A stretch of DNA of 64,000 nucleotides from Chrysomallon squamiferum (taxonomy: Eukaryota; Animalia; Mollusca): the NCBI GenBank assembly GCA_012295275.1, contig CM022679.1:22568001-22632000 (forward strand), given 5' to 3'. Position 1 is the stretch's first letter; each line of letters starts with the position of its first letter. A model generated the notes under the pieces. That model made no database searches. It worked only from the letters and a program-made list of their open reading frames with translations, and was not told the origin of the DNA. Both the position numbers and the translations under genes were made by a program. Of this stretch, positions 35,909-50,393 are shown in pieces.

Positions 35909-38091
35909 CTGAGCGTTTGTGTGTTTGTTTGTGTATATATATATATATATATATATATTTGTATATGTTTATATTATTACAGTTCTAAATTCAGAAATTC
36001 TGAGATATTTTATAATTGATGTTTATGTGATTCTTTCGTAATTACTAGTAGATTGGTGGTAGTTTTAGTAGTAGCATCTTTGTTGTCGCTGTTTATATTA
36101 AAGGAAAGCCATTATATTATACATTATCCGATAAAGGAATATTACAGTTTCTGACATTTCTCTTTGTTGTTCATTTTGTCCAAGACAAAATCATTCTTCG
36201 CCGCAAGACAGTAATTCATGGTTGTTAGTGATTATTTAATTGAAAGATCCACCATATTTCCTTAACAGTTCTTTAGACAGCGTAAATCATACTAATTAAG
36301 TTCATTTTGTCTGCCTTACTAAAAAAAATAATTTCGGATGTTAGAAAGAACCAAGAATCGGTATTCTTTTTTCGAGATAAATTTTAAAATTGTTAAATTA
36401 TAAATTTGCAGTCTGTTCTAGAGGACGCTTTATGTGAAACACCAACAGAATAATAACGTCACTACTATGTTACAGTAATTTCACTATATCTGCATTTATT
36501 TATAAAAGGAAAATATCGTCTTCGTGAAAGAATCTTTACAAATCTATGGTAGTCTTCAAAGAAACAAATTGATGAAACATTTTGAAACCTCATTCATATC
36601 TTTAAAGACTCGAATATCATACTTATTAAGAAAGAGAAACACCTGTTAGATGCAATATAATTTTAGATCACCAGTAATATTTGTTCAAACTTATTATTTA
36701 CTGCATAGGTAGTCAAATGATAGTCACATTCTCTTCGTGGACTTTTCTTCACATTCCTTCTTCTTCCTCTCATTCAACTTTCCACGGCCTATTCATTTAT
36801 CAACAGTGATGTCTAGCAAACAAATCTTAATGTCTTATTTCTTTCTACCTATATATTAAATCCGAGAGTTACGTTCAGTGATGACAAAGATGGTATTAGA
36901 TATGAATATGCAAGCAGAATTTGTAATAATTGCCATAATTTTTAATCTATGAGACCATTAGTGTAACAACATAAATCCTACTCTATACGTTCATTGTTCT
37001 TGCTAACAAAAAATGTTTTCTAATGTTAGAAATAACAAACAATATCGTAATTATTGTTCGACAAAAAGCTCGAAGTCGCTAAATTATCAATTTGCAATGG
37101 GTTCCATAGGAAGCTTTATAATTAAACACACAAAGAACAATTTTACTGAAATATCCAGCATATGTCGTTATCAATTCTTTACAGAACATAAATAATCGTC
37201 GTCTCTGTTGTTGCTTATAACAAGTATTTCCTAATGTAAGAAATAACTAAAAATCGGAATTATTGTTCGACATAAAGCTTGAAGTCGTTAATTTATAAAT
37301 TTGCACTGGCTTCGAGAGGAAGCTTTATAATCTAACACGAAAAGAATGATAACATCATTCCCAGTACAATAATTTAAATATTTCTGTATTTGAAATTAAA
37401 TATAAAATAAGGTATTGGTAAAAGAAACTTGACAAATCTATGCCATTCTTCAAAGAAAAGAAATTGATGAAATTTTAAAATCTCCTTTAAAGAATGAAAT
37501 ATCTTACTTATTAAGAAATTGAAATAGCCATGAGACTCAATGTAATTTCAGAGAACAAGAAATCATTTTTTTAAATGTTATTATTTACTTCACCCTTACC
37601 CAAATTATAGTTGGATTCATTTAGTTGTGTTTTCTTAAACTTTCTTCTTCTTCCTCCTCTTGTTCTTTTCCCCCGGGCTATTCATGCATTGCCAAGATTT
37701 CTATAAAAGTAATCTTCATTTCTATTTACTTCCTATCTATTTAGTAATAACGACACTTCAGTCCAGTAATGTCAAAGACGTTATTCGATAAGAATATCCA
37801 AATATAGTTTACCATATTTATCTGAACATTTTAAAGATAAATTTAATAATCCACGAGTCCGTTAATGTAACAAACCTGAACATGCAATACGTAATAACAA
37901 CATTTAAAAAAATTAACATGGTTTTCATGTACTTATTTTATGTACTTAAAACAGATTCAATAATATGTTGTTTCATTAAGATAATAAACCATTAATTACA
38001 TTAAAATACATATAGCTATTTTAGGCTTCACGAATCCACATGCTGAAGTGTTTTCTTAGTTTCAAATGATTCATTATCCTTGGTTTTCTAG

Positions 38092-38184
38092 ATATTTTAA
38101 AAGTTAAAGTTGATGAAAATAATTTTGATGAAGCACTGTCGTCTCCCCAAAAAGGAGCTACGGATGGGATTCCTCAAATACAAG
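38092..38184 (+). CDS. Array exon B1 (93 bp, phase 1-1)
   Basis: ggttttctag|AT ATT TTA...ATA CAA G|gtaaaa; DILKVKVDENNFDEALSSPQKGATDGIPQIQ. Confidence 0.75.
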
Positions 38185-38227
38185 GTAAAATTTATGACTA
38201 ATAATTTCATTTAGATAATCAAATAAT

Positions 38228-38331
<104 letters not shown>

Positions 38332-40490
38332 TCTGAGCGTTTGTGTGTTTGTTTGTGTATATATATATATATATATTTGTATATGTTTATATTATTACAG
38401 TTCTAAATTCAGAAATTCTGAGATATTTTATAATTGATGTTTATGTGATTCTTTCGTAATTACTAGTAGATTGGTGGTAGTTTTAGTAGTAGCATCTTTG
38501 TTGTCGCTGTTTATATTAAAGGAAAGCCATTATATTATACATTATCCGATAAAGGAATATTACAGTTTCTGACATTTCTCTTTGTTGTTCATTTTGTCCA
38601 AGACAAAATCATTCTTCGCCGCAAGACAGTAATTCATGGTTGTTAGTGATTATTTAATTGAAAGATCCACCATATTTCCTTAACAGTTCTTTAGACAGCG
38701 TAAATCATACTAATTAAGTTCATTTTGTCTGCCTTACTAAAAAAAATAAGTTCGGATGTTAGAAAGAACCAAGAATCGGTATTCTTTTTTCGAGATAAAT
38801 TTTAAAATTGTTAAATTATAAATTTGCAGTCTGTTCTAGAGGACGCTTTATGTGAAACACCAACAGAATAATAACGTCACTACTATGTTACAGTAATTTG
38901 ACTATATCTGCATTTATTTATAAAAGGAAAATATCGTCTTCGTGAAAGAATCTTTACAAATCTATGGTAGTCTTCAAAGAAACAAATTGATGAAACATTT
39001 TGAAACCTCATTCATATCTTTAAAGACTCGAATATCATACTTATTAAGAAAGAGAAACACCTGTTAGATGCAATATAATTTTAGATCACCAGTAACATTT
39101 GTTCAAACTTATTATTTACTGCATAGGTAGTCAAATGATAGTCACATTCTCTTCGTGGACTTTTCTTCACATTCCTTCTTCTTTCTCTCATTCATCTTTC
39201 CACGGCCTATTCATTTATCAGCAGTGATGTCTAGCAAACAAATCTTAATGTCTTATTTCTTTCTACCTATATATTAAATCCGAGACTTACGTTCAATGAT
39301 GACAAAGATGGTATTCGATATGAATATGCAAGCAGAATTTGTAATAATTGCCATAATTTTTAATCTATGAGACCATTAGTGTAACAACATAAATCCTACT
39401 CTATACGTTCATTGTTCTTGCTAACAAAAATGTTTTCTAATGTTAGAAATAACAAACAATATCGTAATTATTGTTCGACAAAAAGCTCGAAGTCGCTAAA
39501 TTATCAATTTGCAATGGGTTCCATAGGAAGCTTTATAATTAAACACACAAAGAACAATTTTACTGAAATATCCTGCATATGTCGTTATCAATTCTTTACA
39601 GAACATAAATAATCGTCGTCTCTGTTGTTGCTTATAACAAGTATTTCCTAATGTAAGAAATAACTAAAAATCGGAATTATTGTTCGACATAAAGCTTGAA
39701 GTCGTTAATTTATAAATTTGCACTGGCTTCGAGAGGAAGCTTTATAATCTAACACGAAAAGAATGATAACATCATTCCCAGTACAATAATTTAAATATTT
39801 CTGTATTTGAAATTAAATATAAAATAAGGTATTTGTAAAACAAACTTGACAAATCTATGCCATTCTTCAAAGAAAAGAAATTGATGAAATTTTAAAATCT
39901 CCTTTAAAAAATGAAATATCTTACTTATTAAGAAATTGAAATAGCCATGAGACTCAATGTAATTTCAGAGAAAAAGAAATCATTTTTTTAAATGTTATTA
40001 TTTACTTCACCCTTACCCAAATTATAGTTGGATTCATTTAGTTGTGTTTTCTTAAACTTTCTTCTTCTTCCTCCTCTTGTTCTTTTAGCCCGGGCTATTC
40101 ATGCATTGCCAAGATTTCTATAAAAGTAATGTTCATTTCTATTTACTTCCTATCTATTTAGTAATAACGACACTTCAGTCCAGTAATGTCAAAGACGTTA
40201 TTCGATAAGACCATATTTATCTGAACATTTTAAAGATAAATTTAATAATCCACGAGTCCGTTAATGTAACAAACCTGAACATGCAATACGTAATAACAAC
40301 ATTTAAAAAAATTAACATGGTTTTCATGTACTTATTTTATGTACTTAAAACAGATTCAATAATATGTTGTTTCATTAAGATAATAAACCATTAATTACAT
40401 TAAAATACATATAGCTATTTTAGGCTTCACGAATCCACATGCTGAAGTGTTTTCTTAGTTTCAAATGATTCATTATCCTTGGTTTTCTAG

Positions 40491-40583
40491 ATATTTTAAA
40501 AGTTAAAATTGATGAAAATAATTTTGATGAAGCACTGTCGTCTCCCCAAAAAGGAGCTACGGATGGGATTCCTCAAATACAAG
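40491..40583 (+). CDS. Array exon B2 (93 bp, phase 1-1)
   Basis: Same splice sites; DILKVKIDENNFDEALSSPQKGATDGIPQIQ. Confidence 0.75.
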
Positions 40584-40635
40584 GTAAAATTTATGACTAA
40601 TAACTTCATTTAGATAATCAAATAATTATCTCTCT

Positions 40636-40764
<129 letters not shown>

Positions 40765-42933
40765 TCTCTTTTTCTGAGCGTTTGTGTGTTTGTTTGTGTA
40801 TATATATATATATATATATATATTTGTATATGTTTATATTATTACAGTTCTAAATTCAGAAATTCTGAGATATTTTATAATTGATGTTTATGTGATTCTT
40901 TCGTAATTACTAGTAGATTGGTGGTAGTTTTAGTAGTAGCATCTTTGTTGTCGCTGTTTATATTAAAGGAAAGCCATATATTATACATTATCCGATAAAG
41001 GAATATTACAGTTTCTGACATTTCTCTTTGTTGTTCATTTTGTCCAAGACAAAATCATTCTTCCGCAAGACAGTAATTCATGGTTGTTAGTGATTATTTA
41101 ATTGAAAGATCCACCATATTTCCTTAACAGTTCTTTAGACAGCGTAAATCATACTAATTAAGTTCATTTTGTCTGCCTTACTAAAAAAAATAAGTTCGGA
41201 TGTTAGAAAGAACCAAGAATCGGTATTCTTTTTTCGAGATAAATTTTAAAATTGTTGAATTATAAATTTGCAGTCTGTTCTAGAGGACGCTTTATGTGAA
41301 ACACCAACAGAATAATAACGTCACTACTATGTTACAGTAATTTGACTATATCTGCATTTATTTATAAAAGGAAAATATCGTCTTCGTGAAAGAATCTTTA
41401 CAAATCTATGGTAGTCTTCAAAGAAACAAATTGATGAAACATTTTGAAACCTCATTCATATCTTTAAAGACTCGAATATCATACTTATTAAGAAGAGAAA
41501 CACCTGTTAGATGCAATATAATTTTAGATCACCAGTAATATTTGTTCAAACTTATTATTTACTGCATAGGTAGTCAAATGATAGTCACATTCTCTTCGTG
41601 GACTTTTCTTCACATTCCTTCTTCTTCCTCTCATTCAACTTTCCACGGCCTATTCATTTATCAGCAGTGATGGCTAGCAAACAAATCTTAATGTCTTATT
41701 TCTTTCTACCTATATATTAAATCCGAGACTTACGTTCAATGATGACAAAGATGGTATTCGATATGAATATGCAAGCAGAATTTGTAATAATTGCCATAAT
41801 TTTTAATCTATGAGACCATTAGTGTAACAACATAAATCCTACTCTATACGTTCATTGTTCTTGCTAACAAAAAATGTTTTCTAATGTTAGAAATAACAAA
41901 CAATATCGTAATTATTGTTCGACAAAAAGCTCGAAGTCGCTAAATTATCAATTTGCAATGGGTTCCATAGGAAGCTTTATAATTAAACACACAAAGAACA
42001 ATTTTACTGAAATATCCTGCATATGTCGTTATCAATTCTTTACAGAACATAAATAATCGTCGTCTCTGTTGTTGCTTATAACAAGTATTTCCTAATGTAA
42101 GAAATAACTAAAATCGGAATTATTGTTCGACATAAAGCTTGAAGTCGTTAATTTATAAATTTGCACTGGCTTCGAGAGGAAGCTTTATAATCTAACACGA
42201 AAAGAATGATAACATCATTCCCAGTACAATAATTTAAATATTTCTGTAATTGAAATTAAATATAAAATAAGGTATTGGTAAAAGAAACTTGACAAATCTA
42301 TGCCATTCTTCAAAGAAAAGAAATTGATGAAATTTTAAAATCTCCTTTAAAGAATGAAATATCTTACTTATTAAGAAATTGAAATAGCCATGAGACTCAA
42401 TGTAATTTCAGAGAACAAGAAATCATTTTTTTAAATGTTATTATTTACTTCACCCTTACCCAAATTATAGTTGGATTCATTTAGTTGTGTTTTCTTAAAC
42501 TTTCTTCTTCTTCCTCCTCTTGTTCTTTTCCCCCGGGCTATTCATGCATTGCCAAGATTTCTATAAAAGTAATGTTCATTTCTATTTACTTCCTATCTAT
42601 TTAGTAATAACGACACTTCAGTCCAGTAATGTCAAAGACGTTATTCGATAAGACCATATTTATCTGTACATTTTAAAGATAAATTTAATAATCCACGAGT
42701 CCGTTAATGTAACAAACCTGAACATGCAATACGTAATAACAACATTTAAAAAAATTAACATGGTTTTCATGTACTTATTTTATGTACTTAAAACAGATTC
42801 AATAATATGTTGTTTCATTAAGATAATAAACCATTAATTACATTAAAATACATATAGCTATTTTAGGCTTCACGAATCCACATGCTGAAGTGTTTTCTTA
42901 GTTTCAAGTGATTCATTATCCTTGGTTTTCTAG

Positions 42934-43026
42934 ATATTTTAAAAGTTAAAATTGATGAAAATAATTTTGATGAAGCACTGTCGTCTCCCCAAAAAGGAGC
43001 TACGGATGGGATTCCTCAAATACAAG
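42934..43026 (+). CDS. Array exon B3 (93 bp, phase 1-1)
   Basis: ag/gt intact; same peptide as B2. Confidence 0.75.
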
Positions 43027-43069
43027 GTAAAATTTATGACTAATAATTTCATTTAGATAATCAAATAAT

Positions 43070-43168
<99 letters not shown>

Positions 43169-45329
43169 CTGAGCGTTTGTGTGTTTGTTTGTGTATATAT
43201 ATATATATATATATTTGTATATGTTTATATTATTACAGTTCTAAATTCAGAAATTCTGAGATATTTTATAATTGATGTTTATGTGATTCTTTCGTAATTA
43301 CTAGTAGATTGGTGGTAGTTTTAGTAGTAGCATCTTTGTTGTCGCTGTTTATATTAAAGGAAAGCCATTATATTATACATTATCCGATAAAGGAATATTA
43401 CAGTTTCTGACATTTCTCTTTGTTGTTCATTTTGTCCAAGACAAAATCATTCTTCGCCGCAAGACAGTAATTCATGGTTGTTAGTGATTATTTAATTGAA
43501 AGATCCACCATATTTCCTTAACAGTTCTTTAGACAGCGTAAATCATACTAATTAAGTTCATTTTGTCTGCCTTACTAAAAAAAATAAGTTCGGACGTTAG
43601 AAAGAACCAAGAATCGGTATTCTTTTTTCGAGATAAATTTTAAAATTGTTAAATTATAAATTTGCAGTCTGTTCTAGAGGACGCTTTATGTGAAACACCA
43701 ACAGAATAATAACGTCACTACTATGTTACAGTAATTTCACTATATCTGCATTTATTTATAAAAGGAAAATATCGTCTTCGTGAAAGAATCTTTACAAATC
43801 TATGGTAGTCTTCAAAGAAACAAATTGATGAAACATTTTGAAACCTCATTCATATCTTTAAAGACTCGAATATCATACTTATTAAGAAAGAGAAACACCT
43901 GTTAGATGCAATATAATTTTAGATCACCAGTAATATTTGTTCAAACTTATTATTTACTGCATAGGTAGTCAAATGATAGTCACATTCTCTTCGTGGACTT
44001 TTCTTCACATTCCTTCTTCTTCCTCTCATTCAACTTTCCACGGCCTATTCATTTATCAGCAGTGATGTCTAGCAAACAAATCTTAATGTCTTATTTCTTT
44101 CTACCTATATATTAAATCCGAGACTTACGTTCAATGATGACAAAGATGGTATTCGATATGAATATGCAAGCAGAATTTGTAATAATTGCCATAATTTTTA
44201 ATCTATGAGACCATTAGTGTAACAACATAAATCCTACTCTATACGTTCATTGTTCTTGCTAACAAAAAATGTTTTCTAATGTTAGAAATAACAAACAATA
44301 TCGTAATTATTGTTCGACAAAAAGCTCGAAGTCGCTAAATTATCAATTTGGAATGGGTTCCATAGGAAGCTTTATAATTAAACACACAAAGAACAATTTT
44401 ACTGAAATATCCTGCATATGTCGTTATCAATTCTTTACAGAACATAAATAATCGTCGTCTCTGTTGTTGCTTTTAACAAGTATTTCCTAATGTAAGAAAT
44501 AACTAAAAATCGGAATTATTGTTCGACATAAAGCTTGAAGTCGTTAATTTATAAATTTGCACTGGCTTCGAGAGGAAGCTTTATAATCTAACACGAAAAG
44601 AATGATAACATCATTCCCAGTACAATAATTTAAATATTTCTGTATTTGAAATTAAATATAAAATAAGGTATTTGTAAAACAAACTTGACAAATCTATGCC
44701 ATTCTTCAAAGAAAAGAAATTGATGAAATTTTAAAATCTCCTTTAAAAAATGAAATATCTTACTTATTAAGAAATTGAAATAGCCATGAGACTCAATGTA
44801 ATTTCAGAGAAAAAGAAATCATTTTTTTAAATGTTATTATTTACTTCACCCTTACCCAAATTATAGTTGGATTCATTTAGTTGTGTTTTCTTAAACTTTC
44901 TTCTTCTTCCTCCTCTTGTTCTTTTCCCCCGGGCTATTCATGCATTGCCAAGATTTCTATAAAAGTAATGTTCATTTCTATTTACTTCCTATCTATTTAG
45001 TAATAACGACACTTCAGTCCAGTAATGTCAAAGACGTTATTCGATAAGACCATATTTATCTGAACATTTTAAAGATAAATTTAATAATCCACGAGTCCGT
45101 TAATGTAACAAACCTGAACATGCAATACGTAATAACAACATTTAAAAAAATTAACATGGTTTTCATGTACTTATTTTATGTACTTAAAACAGATTCAAAA
45201 ATATGTTGTTTCATTAAGATAATAAACCATTAATTACATTAAAATACATATAGCTATTTTAGGCTTCACGAATCCACATGCTGAAGTGTTTTCTTAGTTT
45301 CAAATGATTCATTATCCTTGGTTTTCTAG

Positions 45330-45422
45330 ATATTTTAAAAGTTAAAATTGATGAAAATAATTTTGATGAAGCACTGTCGTCTCCCCAAAAAGGAGCTACG
45401 GATGGGATTCCTCAAATACAAG
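45330..45422 (+). CDS. Array exon B4 (93 bp, phase 1-1)
   Basis: ag/gt intact; same peptide as B2. Confidence 0.75.
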
Positions 45423-45464
45423 GTAAAATTTATGACTAATAATTTCATTTAGATAATCAAATAA

Positions 45465-45602
<138 letters not shown>

Positions 45603-45623
45603 CTGAGCGTTTGTGTGTTTGTT

Positions 45624-45658
<35 letters not shown>

Positions 45659-47766
45659 ATATGTTTATATTATTACAGTTCTAAATTCAGAAATTCTGAG
45701 ATATTTTATAATTGATGTTTATGTGATTCTTTCGTAATTACTAGTAGATTGGTGGTAGTTTTAGTAGTAGCATCTTTGTTGTCGCTGTTTATATTAAAGG
45801 AAAGCCATTATATTATACATTATCCGATAAAGGAATATTACAGTTTCTGACATTTCTCTTTGTTGTTCATTTTGTCCAAGACAAAATCATTCTTCGCCGC
45901 AAGACAGTAATTCATGGTTGTTAGTGATTATTTAATTGAAAGATCCACCATATTTCCTTAACAGTTCTTTAGACAGCGTAAATCATACTAATTAAGTTCA
46001 TTTTGTCTGCCTTACTAAAAAAAATAAGTTCGGATGTTAGAAAGAACCAAGAATCGGTATTCTTTTTCGAGATAAATTTTAAAATTGTTGAATTATAAAT
46101 TTGCAGTCTGTTCTAGAGGACGCTTTATGTGAAACACCAACAGAATAATAACGTCACTACTATGTTACAGTAATTTGACTATATCTGCATTTATTTATAA
46201 AAAGGAAAATATCGTCTTCGTGAAAGAAACTTTACAAATCTATGGTAGTCTTCAAAGAAACAAATTGATGAAACATTTTGAAACCTCATTCATATCTTTA
46301 AAGACTCGAATATCATACTTATTAAGAAAGAGAAACACCTGTTAGATGCAATATAATTTTAGATCACCAGTAATATTTGTTCAAACTTATTATTTACTGC
46401 ATAGGTAGTCAAATGATAGTCACATTCTCTTCGTGGACTTTTCTTCACATTCCTTCTTCTTCCTCTCATTCAACTTTCCACGGCCTATTCATTTATCAGC
46501 AGTGATGTCTAGCAAACAAATCTTAATGTCTTATTTCTTTCTACCTATATATTAAATCCGAGACTTACGTTCAATGATGACAAAGATGGTATTCGATATG
46601 AATATGCAAGCAGAATTTGTAATAATTGCCATAATTTTTAATCTATGAGACCATTAGTGTAACAACATAAATCCTACTCTATACGTTCATTGTTCTTGCT
46701 AACAAAAAATGTTTTCTAATGTTAGAAATAACAAACAATATCGTAATTATTGTTCGACAAAAAGCTCGAAGTCGCTAAATTATCAATTTGGAATGGGTTC
46801 CATAGGAAGCTTTATAATTAAACACTCAAAGAACAATTTTACTGAAATATCCTGCATATGTCGTTATCAATTCTTTACAGAACATAAATAATCGTCGTCT
46901 CTGTTGTTGCTTATAACAAGTATTTCCTAATGTAAGAAATAACTAAAAATCGGAATTATTGTTCGACATAAAGCTTGAAGTCGTTAATTTATAAATTTGC
47001 ACTGGCTTCGAGAGGAAGCTTTATAATCTAACACGAAAAGAATGATAACATCATTCCCAGTACAATAATTTAAATATTTCTGTATTTGAAATTAAATATA
47101 AAATAAGGTATTGGTAAAACAAACTTGACAAATCTATGCCATTCTTCAAAGAAAAAAGAAATTGATGAAATTTTAAAATCTCCTTTAAAGAATGAAATAT
47201 ATTACTTATTAAGAAATTGAAATAGCCATGAGACTCAATGTAATTTCAGAGAAAAAGAAATCATTTTTTTAAATGTTATTATTTACTTCACCCTTACCCA
47301 AATTATAGTTGGATTCATTTAGTTGTGTTTTCTTAAACTTTCTTCTTCTTCCTCCTCTTGTTCTTTTCCCCGGGCTATTCATGCATTGCCAAGATTTCTA
47401 TAAAAGTAATGTTCATTTCTATTTACTTCCTATCTATTTAGTAATAACGACACTTCAGTCCAGTAATGTCAAAGACATTCGATAAGACCATATTTATCTG
47501 AACATTTTAAAGATAAATTTAATAATCCACGAGTCCGTTAATGTAACAAACCTGAACATGCAATACGTAATAACAACATTTAAAAAATTAACATGGTTTT
47601 CATGTACTTATTTTATGTACTTAAAACAGATTCAAAAATATGTTGTTTCATTAAGATAATAAACCATTAATTACATTAAAATACATATAGCTATTTTAGG
47701 CTTCACGAATCCACATGCTGAAGTGTTTTCTTAGTTTCAAATGATTCATTATCCTTGGTTTTCTAG

Positions 47767-47859
47767 ATATTTTAAAAGTTAAAATTGATGAAAATAATTT
47801 TGATGAAGCACTGTCGTCTCCCCAAAAAGGAGCTACGGATGGGATTCCTCAAATACAAG
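47767..47859 (+). CDS. Array exon B5 (93 bp, phase 1-1)
   Basis: ag/gt intact; same peptide as B2. Confidence 0.75.
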
Positions 47860-47902
47860 GTAAAATTTATGACTAATAATTTCATTTAGATAATCAAATA
47901 AT

Positions 47903-47995
<93 letters not shown>

Positions 47996-50158
47996 CTGAG
48001 CGTTTGTGTGTTTGTTTGTGTATATATATATATATATATATATATTTGTATATGTTTATATTATTACAGTTCTAAATTCAGAAATTCTGAGATATTTTAT
48101 AATTGATGTTTATGTGATTCTTTCGTAATTACTAGTAGATTGGTGGTAGTTTTAGTAGTAGCATCTTTGTTGTCGCTGTTTATATTAAAGGAAAGCCATT
48201 ATATTATACATTATCCGATAAAGGAATATTACAGTTTCTGACATTTCTCTTTGTTGTTCATTTTGTCCAAGACAAAATCATTCTTCGCCGCAAGACAGTA
48301 ATTCATGGTTGTTAGTGATTATTTAATTGAAAGATCCACCATATTTCCTTAACAGTTCTTTAGACAGCGTAAATCATACTAATTAAGTTCATTTTGTCTG
48401 CCTTACTAAAAAAAATAAGTTCGGATGTTAGAAAGAACCAAGAATCGGTATTCTTTTTTCGAGATAAATTTTAAAATTGTTGAATTATAAATTTGCAGTC
48501 TGTTCTAGAGGACGCTTTATGTGAAACACCAACAGAATAATAACGTCACTACTATGTTACAGTAATTTGACTATATCTGCATTTATTTATAAAAGGAAAA
48601 TATCGTCTTCGTGAAAGAAACTTTACAAATCTATGGTAGTCTTCAAAGAAACAAATTGATGAAACATTTTGAAACCTCATTCATATCTTTAAAGACTCGA
48701 ATATCATACTTATTAAGAAAGAGAAACACCTGTTAGATGCAATATAATTTTAGATCACCAGTAATATTTGTTCAAACTTATTATTTACTGCATAGGTAGT
48801 CAAATGATAGTCACATTCTCTTCGTGGACTTTTCTTCACATTCCTTCTTCTTCCTCTCATTCAACTTTCCACGGCCTATTCATTTATCAGCAGTGATGTC
48901 TAGCAAACAAATCTTAATGTCTTATTTCTTTCTACCTATATATTAAATCCGAGACTTACGTTCAATGATGACAAAGATGGTATTCGATATGAATATGCAA
49001 GCAGAATTTGTAATAATTGCCATAATTTTTAATCTATGAGACCATTAGTGTAACAACATAAATCCTACTCTATACGTTCATTGTTCTTGCTAACAAAAAA
49101 TGTTTTCTAATGTTAGAAATAACAAACAATATCGTAATTATTGTTCGACAAAAGCTCGAAGTCGCTAAATTATCAATTTGGAATGGGTTCCATAGGAAGC
49201 TTTATAATTAAACACTCAAAGAACAATTTTACTGAAATATCCTGCATATGTCGTTATCAATTCTTTACAGAACATAAATAATCGTCGTCTCTGTTGTTGC
49301 TTATAACAAGTATTTCCTAATGTAAGAAATAACTAAAAATCGGAATTATTGTTCGACATAAAGCTTGAAGTCGTTAATTTATAAATTTGCACTGGCTTCG
49401 AGAGGAAGCTTTATAATCTAACACGAAAAGAATGATAACATCATTCCCAGTACAATAATTTAAATATTTCTGTATTTGAAATTAAATATAAAATAAGGTA
49501 TTGGTAAAACAAACTTGACAAATCTATGCCATTCTTCAAAGAAAAAAGAAATTGATGAAATTTTAAAATCTCCTTTAAAGAATGAAATATATTACTTATT
49601 AAGAAATTGAAATAGCCATGAGACTCAATGTAATTTCAGAGAAAAAGAAATCATTTTTTTAAATGTTATTACTTACTTCACCCTTACCCAAATTATAGTT
49701 GGATTCATTTAGTTGTGTTTTCTTAAACTTTCTTCTTCTTCCTCCTCTTGTTCTTTTCCCCCGGGCTATTCATGCATTGCCAAGATTTCTATAAAAGTAA
49801 TGTTCATTTCTATTTACTTCCTATCTATTTAGTAATAACGACACTTCAGTCCAGTAATGTCAAAGACATTCGATAAGACCATATTTATCTGAACATTTTA
49901 AAGATAAATTTAATAATCCACGAGTCCGTTAATGTAACAAACCTGAACATGCAATACGTAATAACAACATTTAAAAAAATTAACATGGTTTTCATGTACT
50001 TATTTTATGTACTTAAAACAGATTCAAAAATATGTTGTTTCATTAAGATAATAAACCATTAATTACATTAAAATACATATAGCTATTTTAGGCTTCACGA
50101 ATCCACATGCTGAAGTGTTTTCTTAGTTTCAAATGATTCATTATCCTTGGTTTTCTAG

Positions 50159-50251
50159 ATATTTTAAAAGTTAAAATTGATGAAAATAATTTTGATGAAG
50201 CACTGTCGTCTCCCCAAAAAGGAGCTACGGATGGGATTCCTCAAATACAAG
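50159..50251 (+). CDS. Array exon B6 (93 bp, phase 1-1)
   Basis: ag/gt intact; same peptide as B2. Confidence 0.75.
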
Positions 50252-50291
50252 GTAAAATTTATGACTAATAATTTCATTTAGATAATCAAAA

Positions 50292-50393
<102 letters not shown>

